Positions 1-14,046 are shown, counted from the first letter of the whole stretch. The stretch: 62,030 bases of DNA, filler included, from Pirum gemmata (GCA_002812295.1; 14 parts of 14 records of this genome joined end to end with filler, not necessarily neighbours in it), one strand, 5' to 3'. Program-made: numbers and translations. Notes: generated by a model not told the origin, from the letters alone.

Positions 1-231
1 TTATTTTAATATTATTATAATTATAATTATTATAGTATTATTATTATAATTATAATTATTATTATAATAATAGACCGTTGCTTATTTTTGATCGTTGTAG
101 GGTTAGGGTTAGGGCTAGAGCTAGGGCTAGGGTTTGGGGTTAGGGTTAGGGGTTAGGGTTAGGGTTAGGGGTTAGGGGTTAAGGGCCAAGAGCTAAGGTT
201 AAATTTAAATAATATATACATTTTTACTTAT

Positions 232-269
<38 letters not shown>

Positions 270-631
270 TAATGATAAGTGTCTATTAAAAACAATTAAT
301 ATATTAGGCTAATTCAATAGGACAACAACAATGAAAAACAACGATATTTTCTATCAAAGATGTCGATAGTTATTTTAGTAGTTATTTTAGTATTTTAGTT
401 TTTGTTTTTTTTCAAAATTCAAAGTATAACTATGCATATTAATATTGCTATTATGCTATCGTATTACACCGCTAGTACTATTATGATATCGTATGATATT
501 TATAAATACTACTAGTTCAACTTTATTATTTCAATACTATCACAGCAACTTGGTTTTGTAGCAGTCATATAGGTTATGGGTCACATGATAATGATAATTA
601 CCAATAGAAACTATATAATTTCACTTTTTAA

Positions 632-1402
<771 letters not shown>

Positions 1403-1461
1403 TTAATTAACATTCTATTATATGATTTATTATTTATTATTATATCAAAACTATTAATTAA

Positions 1462-3484
1462 TTAAACACAGTAACATAATCTACTTCTGCTTGAATCCGT
1501 AACTGTAGCACTACATGTTGCTATTTCCCCATCAGGTCTATAAAGTTGACAATATCCATTACCACCAGAATGGTAAGTACAACCAGCGTTACCTTCGCTA
1601 TAATACCTACCTCTTAGCTCCCAACTTAAACCCGCACTTTCAATACTATCACAACAACTTGGTTTTGTAGCAGCCATATAGTCTATCATATATGGGTCGC
1701 ATGTTTTCCCTTTTGCTGCACATGCTGTATCGCAACTTTCCATAGGAGAAGCTAAGAATAGCTCGAAGAAATTTGGGGTACAAGAACACCGGGAAGCCTC
1801 GCCCTCATAATTACAAAGACCGGTGGCACCGGTAGGTTTACCGACCCCGCTTCCAGTTACAATGGTACCTGAATATGAATATGATTATATGATATTAGGA
1901 ATAAAATAAGGATTGGGTACTAGGATTAGGATTAAAAGATTAATATGACGATGAAGATTTAAAATATTAATTATTAATAATTCCATTTTTTTTTAAGATT
2001 AAGATTAATGATTTACGATATTATAATATTAGGAATAAGATAAAGATTGAGATTTTAGGGTATACTGATTAGTACTAGGATTAGGATTAAGTTTAATATA
2101 ATGATGAAGATTAATAAAGTATTAATTAGGATTCATGTTTTACGATAATGTAAATATTAATATGATTTACGAAATAGGGTTACGAGTATAATTATGAATA
2201 TGAATCTGTTTATAATTGTGTGGTTATGGATTTATGATTATGATGATTATGATTATGATTATGATTATGATTATGATTATGATTATGAGTATGATTTTAA
2301 AATATTGAATTATTGAATTGAATTATTGATTATTGATTGATGATTATCGCGAATAATTGATAATTGATAATTGATAATTGATAATTGATGATTGATGATT
2401 GATGATTGACGATTGATGATTGATTATTGATTATTAATGATTGATTATTGATGATTGATTATTGATGATTGATGATTGATGATTATTAATTATTAATTAT
2501 TAATAATTGATAATTGATAATTGATGATTGACGATTGACGATTGATGATTGATGATTGATGATTGATTATTAATGATTGATTATTGATGATTGATTATTG
2601 ATGATTGATGATTATTAATTATTAATTATTAATTATTAATTGATAATTGATAATTGATGATTGATGATTGATTATTAATGATTGATTATTAATGATTGAT
2701 TATTGATGATTGATGATTATTGATTATTAATTATTAATAATTATTAACAATTATTAATTATTAATAATTAATAATTATTAATTATTAATAATTATTACTT
2801 ATTACTTATTAATAATTATTAATTATTGATTAATTATAATTAACTGTTGATTATTAATTACTAATTATTAATAGTACCTGATGCAGGACTAAGACATATA
2901 CCATCGCAATCTGCACCACCACTCTCATCATACCCTATACCACCACAAGTATAAGGGATTTGCCGACATCCACACTGGTACCCCTGCGCGGCTAAAACAT
3001 CTTTTTCAATGTCGGAAAGAGCCATGCTGCCGTCCAAATTTCCGGCTAGGTGCCAACTGCTGGCTGAAGAAAAGTCGCTATATATATATTTCTGTAAGTA
3101 ACACGTGGATTCAGTAGTTTTAAAAGCTCCCCATGACGATGTTGTGCATCTTGCTTGACATTCTGTTATTGTTTATTTAATTAATATGGTTATTAATATG
3201 GTTATGGTTATGGTTATGGTTATGGTTATGGTTATGGTTATGGTTATGATATGGTTATGGTTATTGTTATGCATGGTTATAGCTATGGTTATGGTTATGG
3301 TTATGGTTATGGTTATGGTTATGGTTATGGTTATGGTTAGGGTTAGGGTTAGGGTTAGGGTTAGGGTTATGGTTATGGTACCTGCGTCTGTTACTTGACT
3401 ACTGCGAGAAAGGCATTCATACGTTTGCGGAAAGGCAGAAACGAACGATAAAAACGTCAAGCTTATAGATAAAACTGTTAACAT
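1462..3484 (-). CDS. Secreted cysteine-rich protein, about 264 aa, 3 exons
   Basis: Exons 3484-3382, 3162-2878 and 1868-1462 join in frame through two phase-1 GT-AG introns. N-terminal signal peptide MLTVLSISLTFLSFVSA (alternative ATG at 3505); Cys-rich throughout; ends ...SRSRLCYCV*. Confidence 0.88.
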
Positions 3485-4142
3485 TTTATTATAAATCAAA
3501 CACATTTTTATTATAGTATATTGTTATAATTATTGTTATTTACTTATTATCTATTGGTGTTTATTATTATTATTTTAAAATTATTATTATTATTATTATT
3601 ATTATTATGTTTTGTTATTTCTTCTTGGTTTTGAAAGCTTTTAAATACTTTATTTTTTGGGTCATAAACAAACAAAGGACTCAAAAAGCTAATAAGAGAA
3701 AAAAGAAAAAATGTTTTTGAAGATTTTTGTTTTGATTATGTTTTTAGCTGTGTTTTTGTAGTGTTTTTGAGGTGTTTTTGATTTGTTTTTGTCTTTTTGT
3801 TTTTTACAAATTGTTTTTTGTTTGCTTTCGGTTTTTGTTTTTTCGGTTTTTGGTTTTTGGTTTTTGGTTTTTTGGCTTTTGGCTTTTGTTTTGTTTTTAC
3901 TTTTTATTTGTGCGTTTGCTGAGTGTTTGCTGTTTATTTTGATTTTGATTTGATTTTCTTATCTTTTGTATTTGTTTTTGGGTTGGTTTCTATTTGATTC
4001 GAAATTGTTTCTGTTACATACTATTAAACAGTTCTAATTATACTACTGGTACAGTTTTAATACTGTTTTAATACTACTCCCTGATACTACTCCAGACTCC
4101 AGTACTCCCCGCAAAAAGACAAAAAAAAAAAAAAAAAATGTT

Positions 4143-4242
4143 NNNNNNNNNNNNNNNNNNNNNNNNNNNNNNNNNNNNNNNNNNNNTTAATTAATTAANN
4201 NNNNNNNNNNNNNNNNNNNNNNNNNNNNNNNNNNNNNNNNNN
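4143..4242. other. Artificial contig linker (44 N + TTAATTAATTAA + 44 N); first of 13
   Basis: Identical 100-bp spacer with stops in all six frames recurs at 4143, 8232, 12445, 16606, 20792, 24997, 31089, 35291, 39488, 45245, 49439, 53635 and 57836; the pieces between are mostly about 4.0-4.1 kb. Confidence 0.97.
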
Positions 4243-4582
4243 TTTCCTCTCAATCTTTAATTTGGTACTGTTTAAGTGTATAATTGCACTTGTTTATAAA
4301 ATACAACATTAAGTATATAATACCAAATTAATTAAAACATGTCTGATAGTTTACACATAATAATAATTTGGCTGGTCATCACAGTCAACACCATTGAAAA
4401 ACACGATGCAAATTGTTACTACACATTATTAATGCCATGCATTAAAAACACTACTAAATTTAGAAATATCGCACCCATACAGATTTAAGAAAGTACATAT
4501 TTGGAAAATAGGTCCTTTTTGACGTAAAAATCCACCAATAAAGTTTGGATAAGCTAAGGTTATCATCTGAGGTTATCACTTT

Positions 4583-4683
4583 GGTTAGGGTTAGGGTTAG
4601 GGTTAGGGTTAGGGTTAATTAAGGTTAGGGTTAGGGTTAGGGTTAGGGTTAGGGTTAGGGTTAGGGTTAGGGTTAGGGTTAGG
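4583..4683 (+). repeat. Interstitial telomeric (TTAGGG)n array (representative)
   Basis: Perfect or degenerate arrays in both orientations also at about 98-183, 1256-1279, 5148-5212, 5237-5281, 6825-7113, 7358-7545, 9156-9266, 16566-16605, 17312-17353, 20893-21015, 29706-29728, 31358-31426, 35260-35290, 35391-35453, 37845-37916, 44303-44373, 44552-44597 and 49299-49362. Confidence 0.95.
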
Positions 4684-5663
4684 NNNNNNNNNNNNNNNNN
4701 NNNNNNNNNNNNNNNNNNNNNNNNNNNNNNNNNNNNNNNNNNNNNNNNNNNNNNNNNNNNNNNNNNNNNNNNNNNNNNNNNNNNNNNNNNNNNNNNNNNN
4801 NNNNNNNNNNNNNNNNNNNNNNNNNNNNNTTAAATAGCTTAAAATAGTAAATCTAATTATAATAGATACCAATTAAAGTAATAATATTAACATTAATAGT
4901 AATAAAACCATAAAATCGGAAAAGTTCCGGCAGCTGTTCGGAAATAATAAAATGACGTCATCTCACCCCTACTGGTTTTGGTAGATATGTAGATATAGTG
5001 CTTTTCAGTTATTTTGTCATTATAAAGTATACAATAAATAGTACCAAATTAATATAATATATATTGATTTAACCTAATCTGGTAGATTTTGTTAACTGTA
5101 TATTGATTTAAAATTGCCAATTTAAAGATTATAACCCTCCAAACAAACTAACCCTAACCCTAACCCTAACCCTAACCCTAACCCTAACCCTAACCCTAAC
5201 CCTAACCCTAACGAATTTGAAGGTACCGAATAATCTGGGTTAGAGTTGGGGTTAGGGTTAGGGTTAGAGTTAGGGTTAGGGTACCTCAGTCACCTTTTGG
5301 TCCTAACGGTGCTGTTATTTTTATACAAATTATTTTATTTTTTTTATGATTAAAAACATTAAGGGTTAGTGTTTGACGTCGGTAGTGGTAGAGTGGTCAG
5401 TGACGTCAGTTTACTCGTGAAGGAAGCTGTGCGATGGTCTGTGTATAAACAAGTCCTAGTTGAACAATAAAGATAAATAGAATATTATATATCGAATTGC
5501 AATGTATTTATTATATATTAATTATTATTAATAATTAATTAATTTTATTTATCATTATTTATTATTATTTATTTATTTATTATTATTTATTATTATTATT
5601 TATTATCATATTTTATTTTATTGTTTCAAGTTTTTTTTTTCCTTTTTTTTTTTTTTTTTTTTT

Positions 5664-5698
<35 letters not shown>

Positions 5699-5907
5699 CT
5701 TATCTTTTTTTTTTTTTTTTTTTTTTTTTTTCTTTTTTCTTTTTTTTTTTTTTTTTTTACTAAAATATTTATGTTTTTTACTATTAATTATAAATTATTG
5801 TTATTAAATATTATACTTCGAGACTCCAAATGCTATCGTCTATTTCATTTTACAGTTGTCCTCTCAATCTCTGCTTTGGCAGTGTATAATTGAAGTTTTT
5901 TATACAA

Positions 5908-6052
5908 GGGAGCATTCAAATAATACGTCACGTCAAGGGGTAGGTTAGTAGGTGCTATTTGACTGGAAATTAACGTCGAGGGGTAGGTAGGTAGGGGTAT
6001 TTGAAGCTGTACTTGACCGGAAATTGGCGTTACGTAGTATTTGAACGCTCCC
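5908..6052. mobile_element. PIF/Harbinger (Tourist-like) MITE, about 145 bp
   Basis: TIR GGGAGC(A/G)TTCAAATA..ACGT / ACGTAGTATTTGAACGCTCCC; same family as the TTA-flanked copy at 10652-10797; partial copies at about 9264-9377 and 10113-10218. Confidence 0.8.
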
Positions 6053-6192
6053 TAATACTACAACATTATTAAGTATAAAATACACAAATTAATTAAAAAT
6101 GTCTGATAAATAATAATTTGATAGTGTTGACGTTGGCTAATGACAGTGTCAGCTTTACAGGCGTAGTACTATTATAGAACCATTATGTTTGG

Positions 6193-6600
6193 CAGGGAGA
6201 TGCAGGAAAAACCACCGAATAAGACTAATTCGAAACTTTCGTATTTTCGATCAAATTTTAAGTATTGACTCGCTTTTGATTTCTTTAAAAAATTCTTAAA
6301 AATTCTTAGAAATTTCAGTAAATTTTATAGAAAAAACTTGAAACTCGAAATTGTCACTATTTAATAATTAGAATCGAGCTTTTTGGCAGGGAGATGCAGG
6401 AAAAACCGCCGAATCGAGACTAGTTCGAAACTTTCGTATTTCGATCAAATTTTAAGTATTGACTCGCTTTTGATTTCATTAAAAATTCTTAAAAATTCTT
6501 AGAAATTTCAGTAAATTTCATAGAAAAAACTTGAAACTCGAAATTGTCAATAATTAGAATCGAGCTGTTTGATTCGATTATGCTTTCCCGTATCTCCCAG
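6193..6600. mobile_element. Dispersed MITE with (C/T)AGGG-type ends (hAT-like), here partly tandem-duplicated
   Basis: Left end CAGGGAGATGCAGGAAAA occurs twice (about 6193 and 6387, roughly 194-bp tandem); right end TTTCCCGTATCTCCCAG at about 6584-6600. Further copies at about 47612-47794 (inverted) and 49362-49438. No TSD could be read. Confidence 0.65.
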
Positions 6601-7849
6601 CAGCGCTCTAGACTGCGTAAAGTGAGCTTTGAGTGCATAGATTAACTTTTAACATGAGTGATAATATTGTTGTACATTTCTCGTTGTCTATTCATAATAA
6701 TTATTTATATATGTATAAATATATATGATTTAATATTATTTTCTTACAATACATTGTGGTAGTGCTAGTTGGATTGGTATCATTTTTCTTTCCTCTCTTT
6801 AGCATGTTGACATGTGTTGGGCAGTTAAGGTTAGGGTTAAGGTTAGGGTTAGCGTTAGGGTTAGGATTAGGGTTAGGGTTAGGGTTAGGGTTAAGGTTAG
6901 GGTTAAGGTTAGGGTTAAGGTTAGGGTTAGGGTTAGGGTTAGGGTTAGGGTTAGGTAAGGGTTAGNNNNNNNNNNNNNNNNNNNNNNNNNNNNNNNNNNN
7001 NNNNNNNNNNNNNNNNNNNNGGTTAGGGTTACGGTATGGGTTAGGGTTAGGGTTAGGGTTAGGGTTAGGGTTAGGGTTAGGGTAAGGGTTAGGGACCTTA
7101 GGGTTAGGGTTAGATCACAAAAGATTTAAGAGTCAACTTCATTTTACATCATCAATAACACCATAATTCATAATAAGAAATAAATTGGCATCAACTTTTG
7201 CATTTTTTTATATATTTATTATCATACCATCTAGTGATACCATGGTAGCAACCAATTAATTTTTTTTCTCGAGGTAGGAGTAGGGCACATAATTAACTAG
7301 ATATAATTAACCTAAGAAAAATTCAGTTAATGAATTTGAAAGTATCAACCAATCTAATAACCTTAACCTTAACCCTAACCCTAACCCTAACCCTAACCCT
7401 AACCCTAACCCTAACCCTAACCCTAACCCTAACCCTAACCCTAACCCTAACCCTAACTCTAACCCTAACCCTAACCCTAACCCTAACACTAACCCTAACC
7501 CTAACCCTAACCTTAATAGTAGCCGTAACCGTAACCGTAACCCCATAACTGTAACTGTATTTTACATCATATTTACTGCCTCGTGTTCACCGATACAATA
7601 ATATAAGTCGTTATATTTAATTTATTTATTTTTATATTAGGTATATTTATTGCTATATTTGGTATATTCCAAAGTGAATTTTCAGTACAAAATCATACTA
7701 TTCACAAAATCAATGGGATGTTTAACCTCCCAAAGCATCAACCAAACCACAAAGAATACAAATCTAGAGACCTCAAATGCCTATTTAAAGTGTGTAGTGG
7801 AAATTTATATAAATCTATGATTATACTCAGAAAAAAATATTATAAAAAT

Positions 7850-7956
7850 CTAATACGGATTATTTTTTTTCATCCACTCAAAAGTAAGTTTAATGCCCTC
7901 GTCCAGATCAACTTTCGGAGTGTAGCCAATCAGTGTATTAGCTTTGTCGAAGCATC
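7850..7956 (-). CDS. Terminal exon of an NAD-dependent nucleotide-sugar epimerase/dehydratase (extended SDR)
   Basis: After an AG acceptor (7958-7957) it reads (G)CFDKANTLIGYTPKVDLDEGIKLTFEWMKKNNPY*, matching the family C-terminal pattern ADISKA..LLGY.PKV.LEEG...T.EW. Too short for the ORF track; upstream exons were not found on this contig. Confidence 0.75.
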
Positions 7957-8121
7957 CTTTTATATATTTGGAAAATTAAAATTATTTATTTACTTATTTT
8001 TATTTATTTGTTCATTATTATTATTATTATATACAAGTATATATATATATATTATACCGATTAATACCAATTAATACCAATTAATACGAATTCTTATTCC
8101 AATTAATATTACTATTATTAT

Positions 8122-8156
<35 letters not shown>

Positions 8157-8551
8157 TATATATATATATATATATACTACTACTACTACTACTACTGCTA
8201 CTACTACTACTACTGCTACTGCTACTACTACNNNNNNNNNNNNNNNNNNNNNNNNNNNNNNNNNNNNNNNNNNNNTTAATTAATTAANNNNNNNNNNNNN
8301 NNNNNNNNNNNNNNNNNNNNNNNNNNNNNNNTTGGTATATTTTATTATCTATTTATTCATTTAAAAATGTCATCTTAAATATTATAACCAACCAAATAAA
8401 TATTTAGAGTGACAAAATAAAAGAAAAGCACGATATATAGACCCCCCTCTCGTCTAGTACATAATATGTATCGATACTAGTGTATCGATATGCAGGCAGT
8501 TGAAGACTCCAGTTGAACTCCTTAAAGTTTTGAAAAAAAAACAGAATTTAG

Positions 8552-8840
8552 AGTAGGGGTGAGATGACGTCATTTTATTCTTACCGAACAGCTGGAACTT
8601 TTCCGATTTTATGGTTTTATTACTATTAATGTTAATATTATTGCTTTAATTGGTAACTACTATAATTAGATTTATTTTATTACTATTAATGTTAATATTA
8701 TTGCTTTAATTGGTAACTACTATAATTAGATTTACTATTTTAAGCTATTTAACTTTTATTATTAGTAAGAATCACGGAACTAAGGTTGGCTCGATAAGCA
8801 TCTGTTCGAAAAAAGTTCCAGTAGATATCTCACCCCTACT
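8552..8840. mobile_element. MITE with 14-bp TIR AGTAGGGGTGAGAT and perfect 8-bp TSD GAATTTAG
   Basis: TIR at 8552-8565 and its complement ending at 8840; GAATTTAG at 8544-8551 and 8841-8848; internal roughly 60-bp tandem duplication; an inverted partial copy lies at about 4830-4973. Confidence 0.85.
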
Positions 8841-10651
8841 GAATTTAGTCAGAATTTGTAGTGAATTTGTACACGGACACAAGGTATTGTTTTTTATATA
8901 GTTTAAAACGCGGTGTTTCGGAAAAAGGCTATTAATAACCATAGTCAATCCCCCCTATTAGTTAGATCAAGCTAGGTGCACCAGAAGGCATCTAATGAAA
9001 GCACCTGCGGGAAAGAAGAATTTTTAAAAATGGAATTTTTTTTTATTATTTTATTATTATTATTATTATGCACAACTTTGCTGCCTTTGCAAGTACACTG
9101 CAAGTACTCAGACTAACTATTAGACAGATCTATTTTGAGGATAGGGAGTGTTTAAAGGGCTAGGGCTAGGGTTAGTGTTAGGGTTAGGGTTAGGGTTAGT
9201 GTTAGGGTTAGGGTTAGGGTTAGGGTTAGGGTTAGGGTTAGGGTTAGGGTTAGGGTTAGGGTTAGGTCAAATATAGCTTCAAATACCCCCTATCTACCTA
9301 CCCCTCGACGTTAATTTCCGGTCAAATACCACCTACCTACCTACCCCATGGCGTGACATATTATTCAAACACTCCCATACTTCTGTTCCGTCTTTTTCGA
9401 AAGTCTTTTTCGTCGCTGACTCGCTGTCAAGTAGCAGTAGATTATTATTATCATATTTTTGTAATTGTAAAATGCGGGTCTCCAAAAATACCATTTAAGG
9501 TAAATTAAATATATTCCCATGTAAGGTAAAAAACCGATCCAAAGACTCGCAAAGCGGCAAAGGCTGGCAAAGAGTGACCCGGTTTTTCCTAGTAGCTAGA
9601 GTAGGTTAGTAGTGTTTAGTTTTTACCTTTTAGAAATATGATAGTTTTATGATAGTACTGTGATATCGTAAGTTTAACAGTGTCATTAGTGATATCATAG
9701 GTTTATTTCTCTTTTTCTTTTCTGTTGAAGGAAAAAAAACAAAAAACAAATCCCTATCATTGGCCGAAAACCCATTATTATATTTATGATGTATGACGTG
9801 AGATAGTGTTTTTCATTTATTTTGCCACTTTGAATATTTATTTGGTTGGTTATAATATTTAAATTGTCATTTTTAAATGAATAAATAGATAATATAACAT
9901 ACCAAATTAAATGAAATGGATTTATATGGTATTAATTTGGTACTCTTTATTATATATTTTATGATGGCAAAACAACTGAAAAGCACGATAATACATACAT
10001 ATGCTGCTTTGAAGTTTGCACTGTGATTGATACATTATTATAATTCTATGATATTAGTAACAGATAGCTCAGATAGTCTATCATAATTGAGTAGACCTCT
10101 AGCTAGTCTATTAGCCAAATACAGCTTCAAATACCCCTACCTACCTACCTCTCGACGTTAATTTCTGGGCAAATACCACCTACCTACCTACCCCTTGACG
10201 TGACGTATTATTTGCTCCTTATACAGATATAATAATAATTATTGTACTTTTCCTAGATTTTCCTAGTGTGGTTTTCATTTATTTTGTCACTCTGAATATT
10301 TATTTGGAGTGTCATAATTTTTAAATTGATATTTTTATATTAATATATAGATATTAAAATATACCAAATTATATTAAATGGATTTGTATTTTAATAATTT
10401 GGTACTATTTATTGTATATTTTATAATGACAAAACAATTGAAAAGCGCTGTATATATTATGTACTATCTATTTATATTAGAGAGCGTTCAAATACTACCT
10501 AACGCTAATTTCCGGTTAAATACAGCTTCAAATACCCCTACCTACCTACCCCTTGATGTTAATTTCCAGTCAAATACCGCCTGCCTACCTACCCTTGACT
10601 TGACGTATTATTTTAAAAGCTGTATATATTATGTACTATCTATTTATATTA

Positions 10652-10797
10652 GGGAGCGTTCAAATACTACGTAACGCTAATTTCCGGTTAAATACAGCTT
10701 CAAATACCCCTACCTACCTACCCCTTGACGTTAATTTCCAGTCAAATACCGCCTGCCTACCTACCCTTGACTTGACGTATTATTTTAAAACGCTCCC
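10652..10797. mobile_element. PIF/Harbinger (Tourist-like) MITE with TTA TSD
   Basis: GGGAGCGTT...AACGCTCCC flanked by TTA on both sides (10649-10651, 10798-10800); preceded by a roughly 172-bp tandem duplicate (about 10447-10618). Confidence 0.85.
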
Positions 10798-11547
10798 TTA
10801 TTATGTATATTATCATGCATCTATATTATGCATCGTGCTTTTCAATTATTTTGTCATCATAAAATATACACTAAATAGTACCAAATTAATACAATATAAA
10901 TCCATTTCATTTAATTTGGTATATTTTATTATTTATTTATTTATTTAGAAGTATCAATTTAAATATTACAAACGACCAAATAAATATTTTGTGTGACAAA
11001 ATAAATGAAAAGCACAATAGACTATCATAATATCTTTTTTCCAAAGACCCCAGCCAAAGACCCTCAGGGCCTCAGGCCTCAGAATAAAATTTTGCCAAGA
11101 ATGGCTCTGATTCAGTAATTTTTTTATTACACCTATGACATATAAATATAAAATAAATAGTACCAAATTAATACTATATAAATCCATTTTATTTAATTTG
11201 GTATAATTTATTATCCATTTATTCATTTAAAACAATGCCAATTAAAAAATTATAACCAACCAATGAAATATTCGGAGTGAAAAAAATTTATTTGCCAAAC
11301 TCATTATTCCTATATATAGAAAAAATGAGTTTTGTCAAATTCATTATTTCTATATATAGAAAATGAGTTTTTGTCAAGGGCTTCACGGCCAACTAGACTC
11401 TAGCTAGAGTGGCCGTAAAGACTTCAAAAGAATTTTTCATGGGTAGGCCAAGTGTAGGCTACTACTAGGCAGCAGAAATTCGAGTTTTCGGGCTCGAGCA
11501 GAATAAGGACTCGTTTTTTTTTTTTTTAAATTTTTGTTTATTATATA

Positions 11548-11600
<53 letters not shown>

Positions 11601-12544
11601 AAAAATAAAAAAAAAAAAAAAAACATCGACTAGTCAAAGCAGGTGTGGGTGGCTAAGCACAGTTTTCTCTAAGCACTCTTACAAATAATCTGTAATAAAT
11701 AGAACTAAGCACTCTTACAAATAATCTGTTATTAATACATAGAAATATCGATATCATTTATATAAATATAATTATTACAATAGACTATAATAATATGCCA
11801 ATATAATAATATATGCATATTAAAATAATGATATTTATATTTAGTATTGAATATTATCCTAATAAACCCTACTGTATAAAATACTATATCTGAATGTTAT
11901 AAAATTAGGATTAGAAAAATTTACAAGATATTAATATATTATTATTACAATTATTATGCATTTAATTAAATATAATATGATGATAGGATATTAATATTAA
12001 TACATCATTTAATATTGCAATTGTTAATTAATGAACGCACACGATATCGATAATATAATAACATTGATACAATGTCATCCTAATTATGCATATTATTACT
12101 ATTACTGTAATTAGTTACAAAAAAAAAAATTAGATTGTATTATACATATTGCAAATTTAAAATTGTAATAAAAATAAAAATTTATAATTTTATTAGTATA
12201 ATTTTATAATTTTATAATTTTAAAATATCATTACGAATGTTATTAACGCTACTAAACTAAAGATATAGGAGTTAGGACTTAGAAGTGTTTGGATCGGTGG
12301 TTTGGATCATAATATGTATATTAATATACAATATATTATTATATATTATTAATATATGGGTTTAGATATTACTAGGATAAGCCTTATAATTAATAGAATA
12401 TAAATATAATATATTATATTAATATTATATACTTGATATTAATANNNNNNNNNNNNNNNNNNNNNNNNNNNNNNNNNNNNNNNNNNNNTTAATTAATTAA
12501 NNNNNNNNNNNNNNNNNNNNNNNNNNNNNNNNNNNNNNNNNNNN

Positions 12545-12577
<33 letters not shown>

Positions 12578-12654
12578 GTTAGTAGTCATGAACAACAACA
12601 CAACATCGTCATCATGAGAATAATGATAATTCATCATGAGAATAATAAGAATAC

Positions 12655-13122
12655 TCTATTCCAGACCGCAGTAGATGGGACTCTAATTCACGTTCTTTAT
12701 CATTGAATAAGATTGCTTTCAGGGAAGCTTAAAAAAAAAGGTCAAAAAAATAAAAATAAAAAAACTGAAAACAGGAAAAACCATTTACAAGTATTGTTTT
12801 CGTTACCCAAAAACGCTAACGCTAACGCTAATCCTAACCCTAAACATAACGCTAACGCTAATCCTAACCCTAAACATAACGCTAACGCCGACCCTAACGC
12901 TAACGTTTACGCTAAACCTAAACCTAATGCCGACCCTAATTTACTGTTACTGTTACTGTCGTTCTTGAGGTTGTTCGTTGTTTCTTGGTAAAGTATCTGG
13001 TAAAGTTCTTGCCAATATATATGCATACCTGCATTCCATTTTAATATACCATCTTGCCATACTTTGTGCTTTTTCGTTTTCTGATGTGTATAAAGAACCT
13101 TATACTTCAGCGCTTCTGTCAT
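12655..13122 (-). CDS. ZGRF1: N-terminal DUF2439 domain of a ZGRF1/Mte1-like DNA-repair protein (5' partial gene, 2 exons)
   Basis: Exons 13122-13029 and 12727-12655 give MTEALKYKVLYTHQKTKKHKVWQDGILKWNAASLKAILFNDKERELESHLLRSGI, closely matching the ZGRF1 N-terminal pattern VLYTHQK.KK.KVWQDGILK....KAILYDDK...LES. The gene runs off the contig. Confidence 0.85.
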
Positions 13123-14046
13123 AATTTGTGCATTTAACTATTCTTTGGTTCATTTTTTATTATTGTTATTATTGAATCAATAATGGTATTATCAAAACTA
13201 GTTATAAGTCAGTTATCAGTTAGGCTATCATATAAAAAAAAAATTAAAAAAAAAAAAAAAAAAAATACTACTTTTTTTTTTTTTTATTTTTTTCTTTTTT
13301 TTTAAATTAAAAACTTTTTTTTTTCTGGGGTCCTTTTTTTTTTCGCGGTTTTTTTTTTCAGTTTTTTGGTTTTTGTGAGCTAGCTAGCTACTACTAGCTA
13401 GTAGAGCTAGCCATTGAAGAAAGTCCAGTTTCTCTCTCTTTCTAATGGCATCGAGTTTAAAAAGTCGAGTTTTCGAGCCTATGCATTAATTAAAAAAGTT
13501 CGAAAATTTTAAGCTTACAGTTAAGTATTCAAGTATATTTATTTATTTATAACCTCGAAAAAATGGAAAAATAATTTTCGAACAGGGCTGAATTTCAGCT
13601 TTTTTTTCGGCAGCAGAAATTCGAGCTTTCGGGCTCGAGCAGAATTGGGAGAGGCCCGATATTTCACGCTCAGCTGTCATTCTTCGAAAGTGATAAATAT
13701 AACAGGTAATATAACTTATAAATACCAATACTAACACAACTAATAATGATAACGATAACGATGATGATAATGATAACTATATAACATCTAATATATAATA
13801 ATAATAAGTAATAATATTAAAAATAATAACAAAACCAAACAAATATTCACTTATACACTCATTTTCTCGCTTAATTGTTAATCGAACTAAACGAATGGAG
13901 AATGAATCTTATTATACAAATACCTAAAAGATAAGTTTTAACAGTGTTTTAACAGATACACAAATTATTTAACAGAGCTACAGAGTTTAAATACAACAAA
14001 TTGACATTCATACTTTATACATTACTTTCATATATATATATATATA

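Noticed and set aside
4187..4198. Regularly spaced TTAATTAATTAA motifs about every 4.2 kb
   Set aside because: Always centred in 44+44 N; an assembly concatenation linker, not biology.
7129..7275. Possible Merlin/IS1595-like transposase scrap (LIGCYHGITR on minus)
   Set aside because: Too short and interrupted by stops to support a call.
10378..10948. Two similar ORFs (NANFRLNTASNTPTYLPLDVNFQ...)
   Set aside because: Chance translations of tandemly duplicated Harbinger MITEs.
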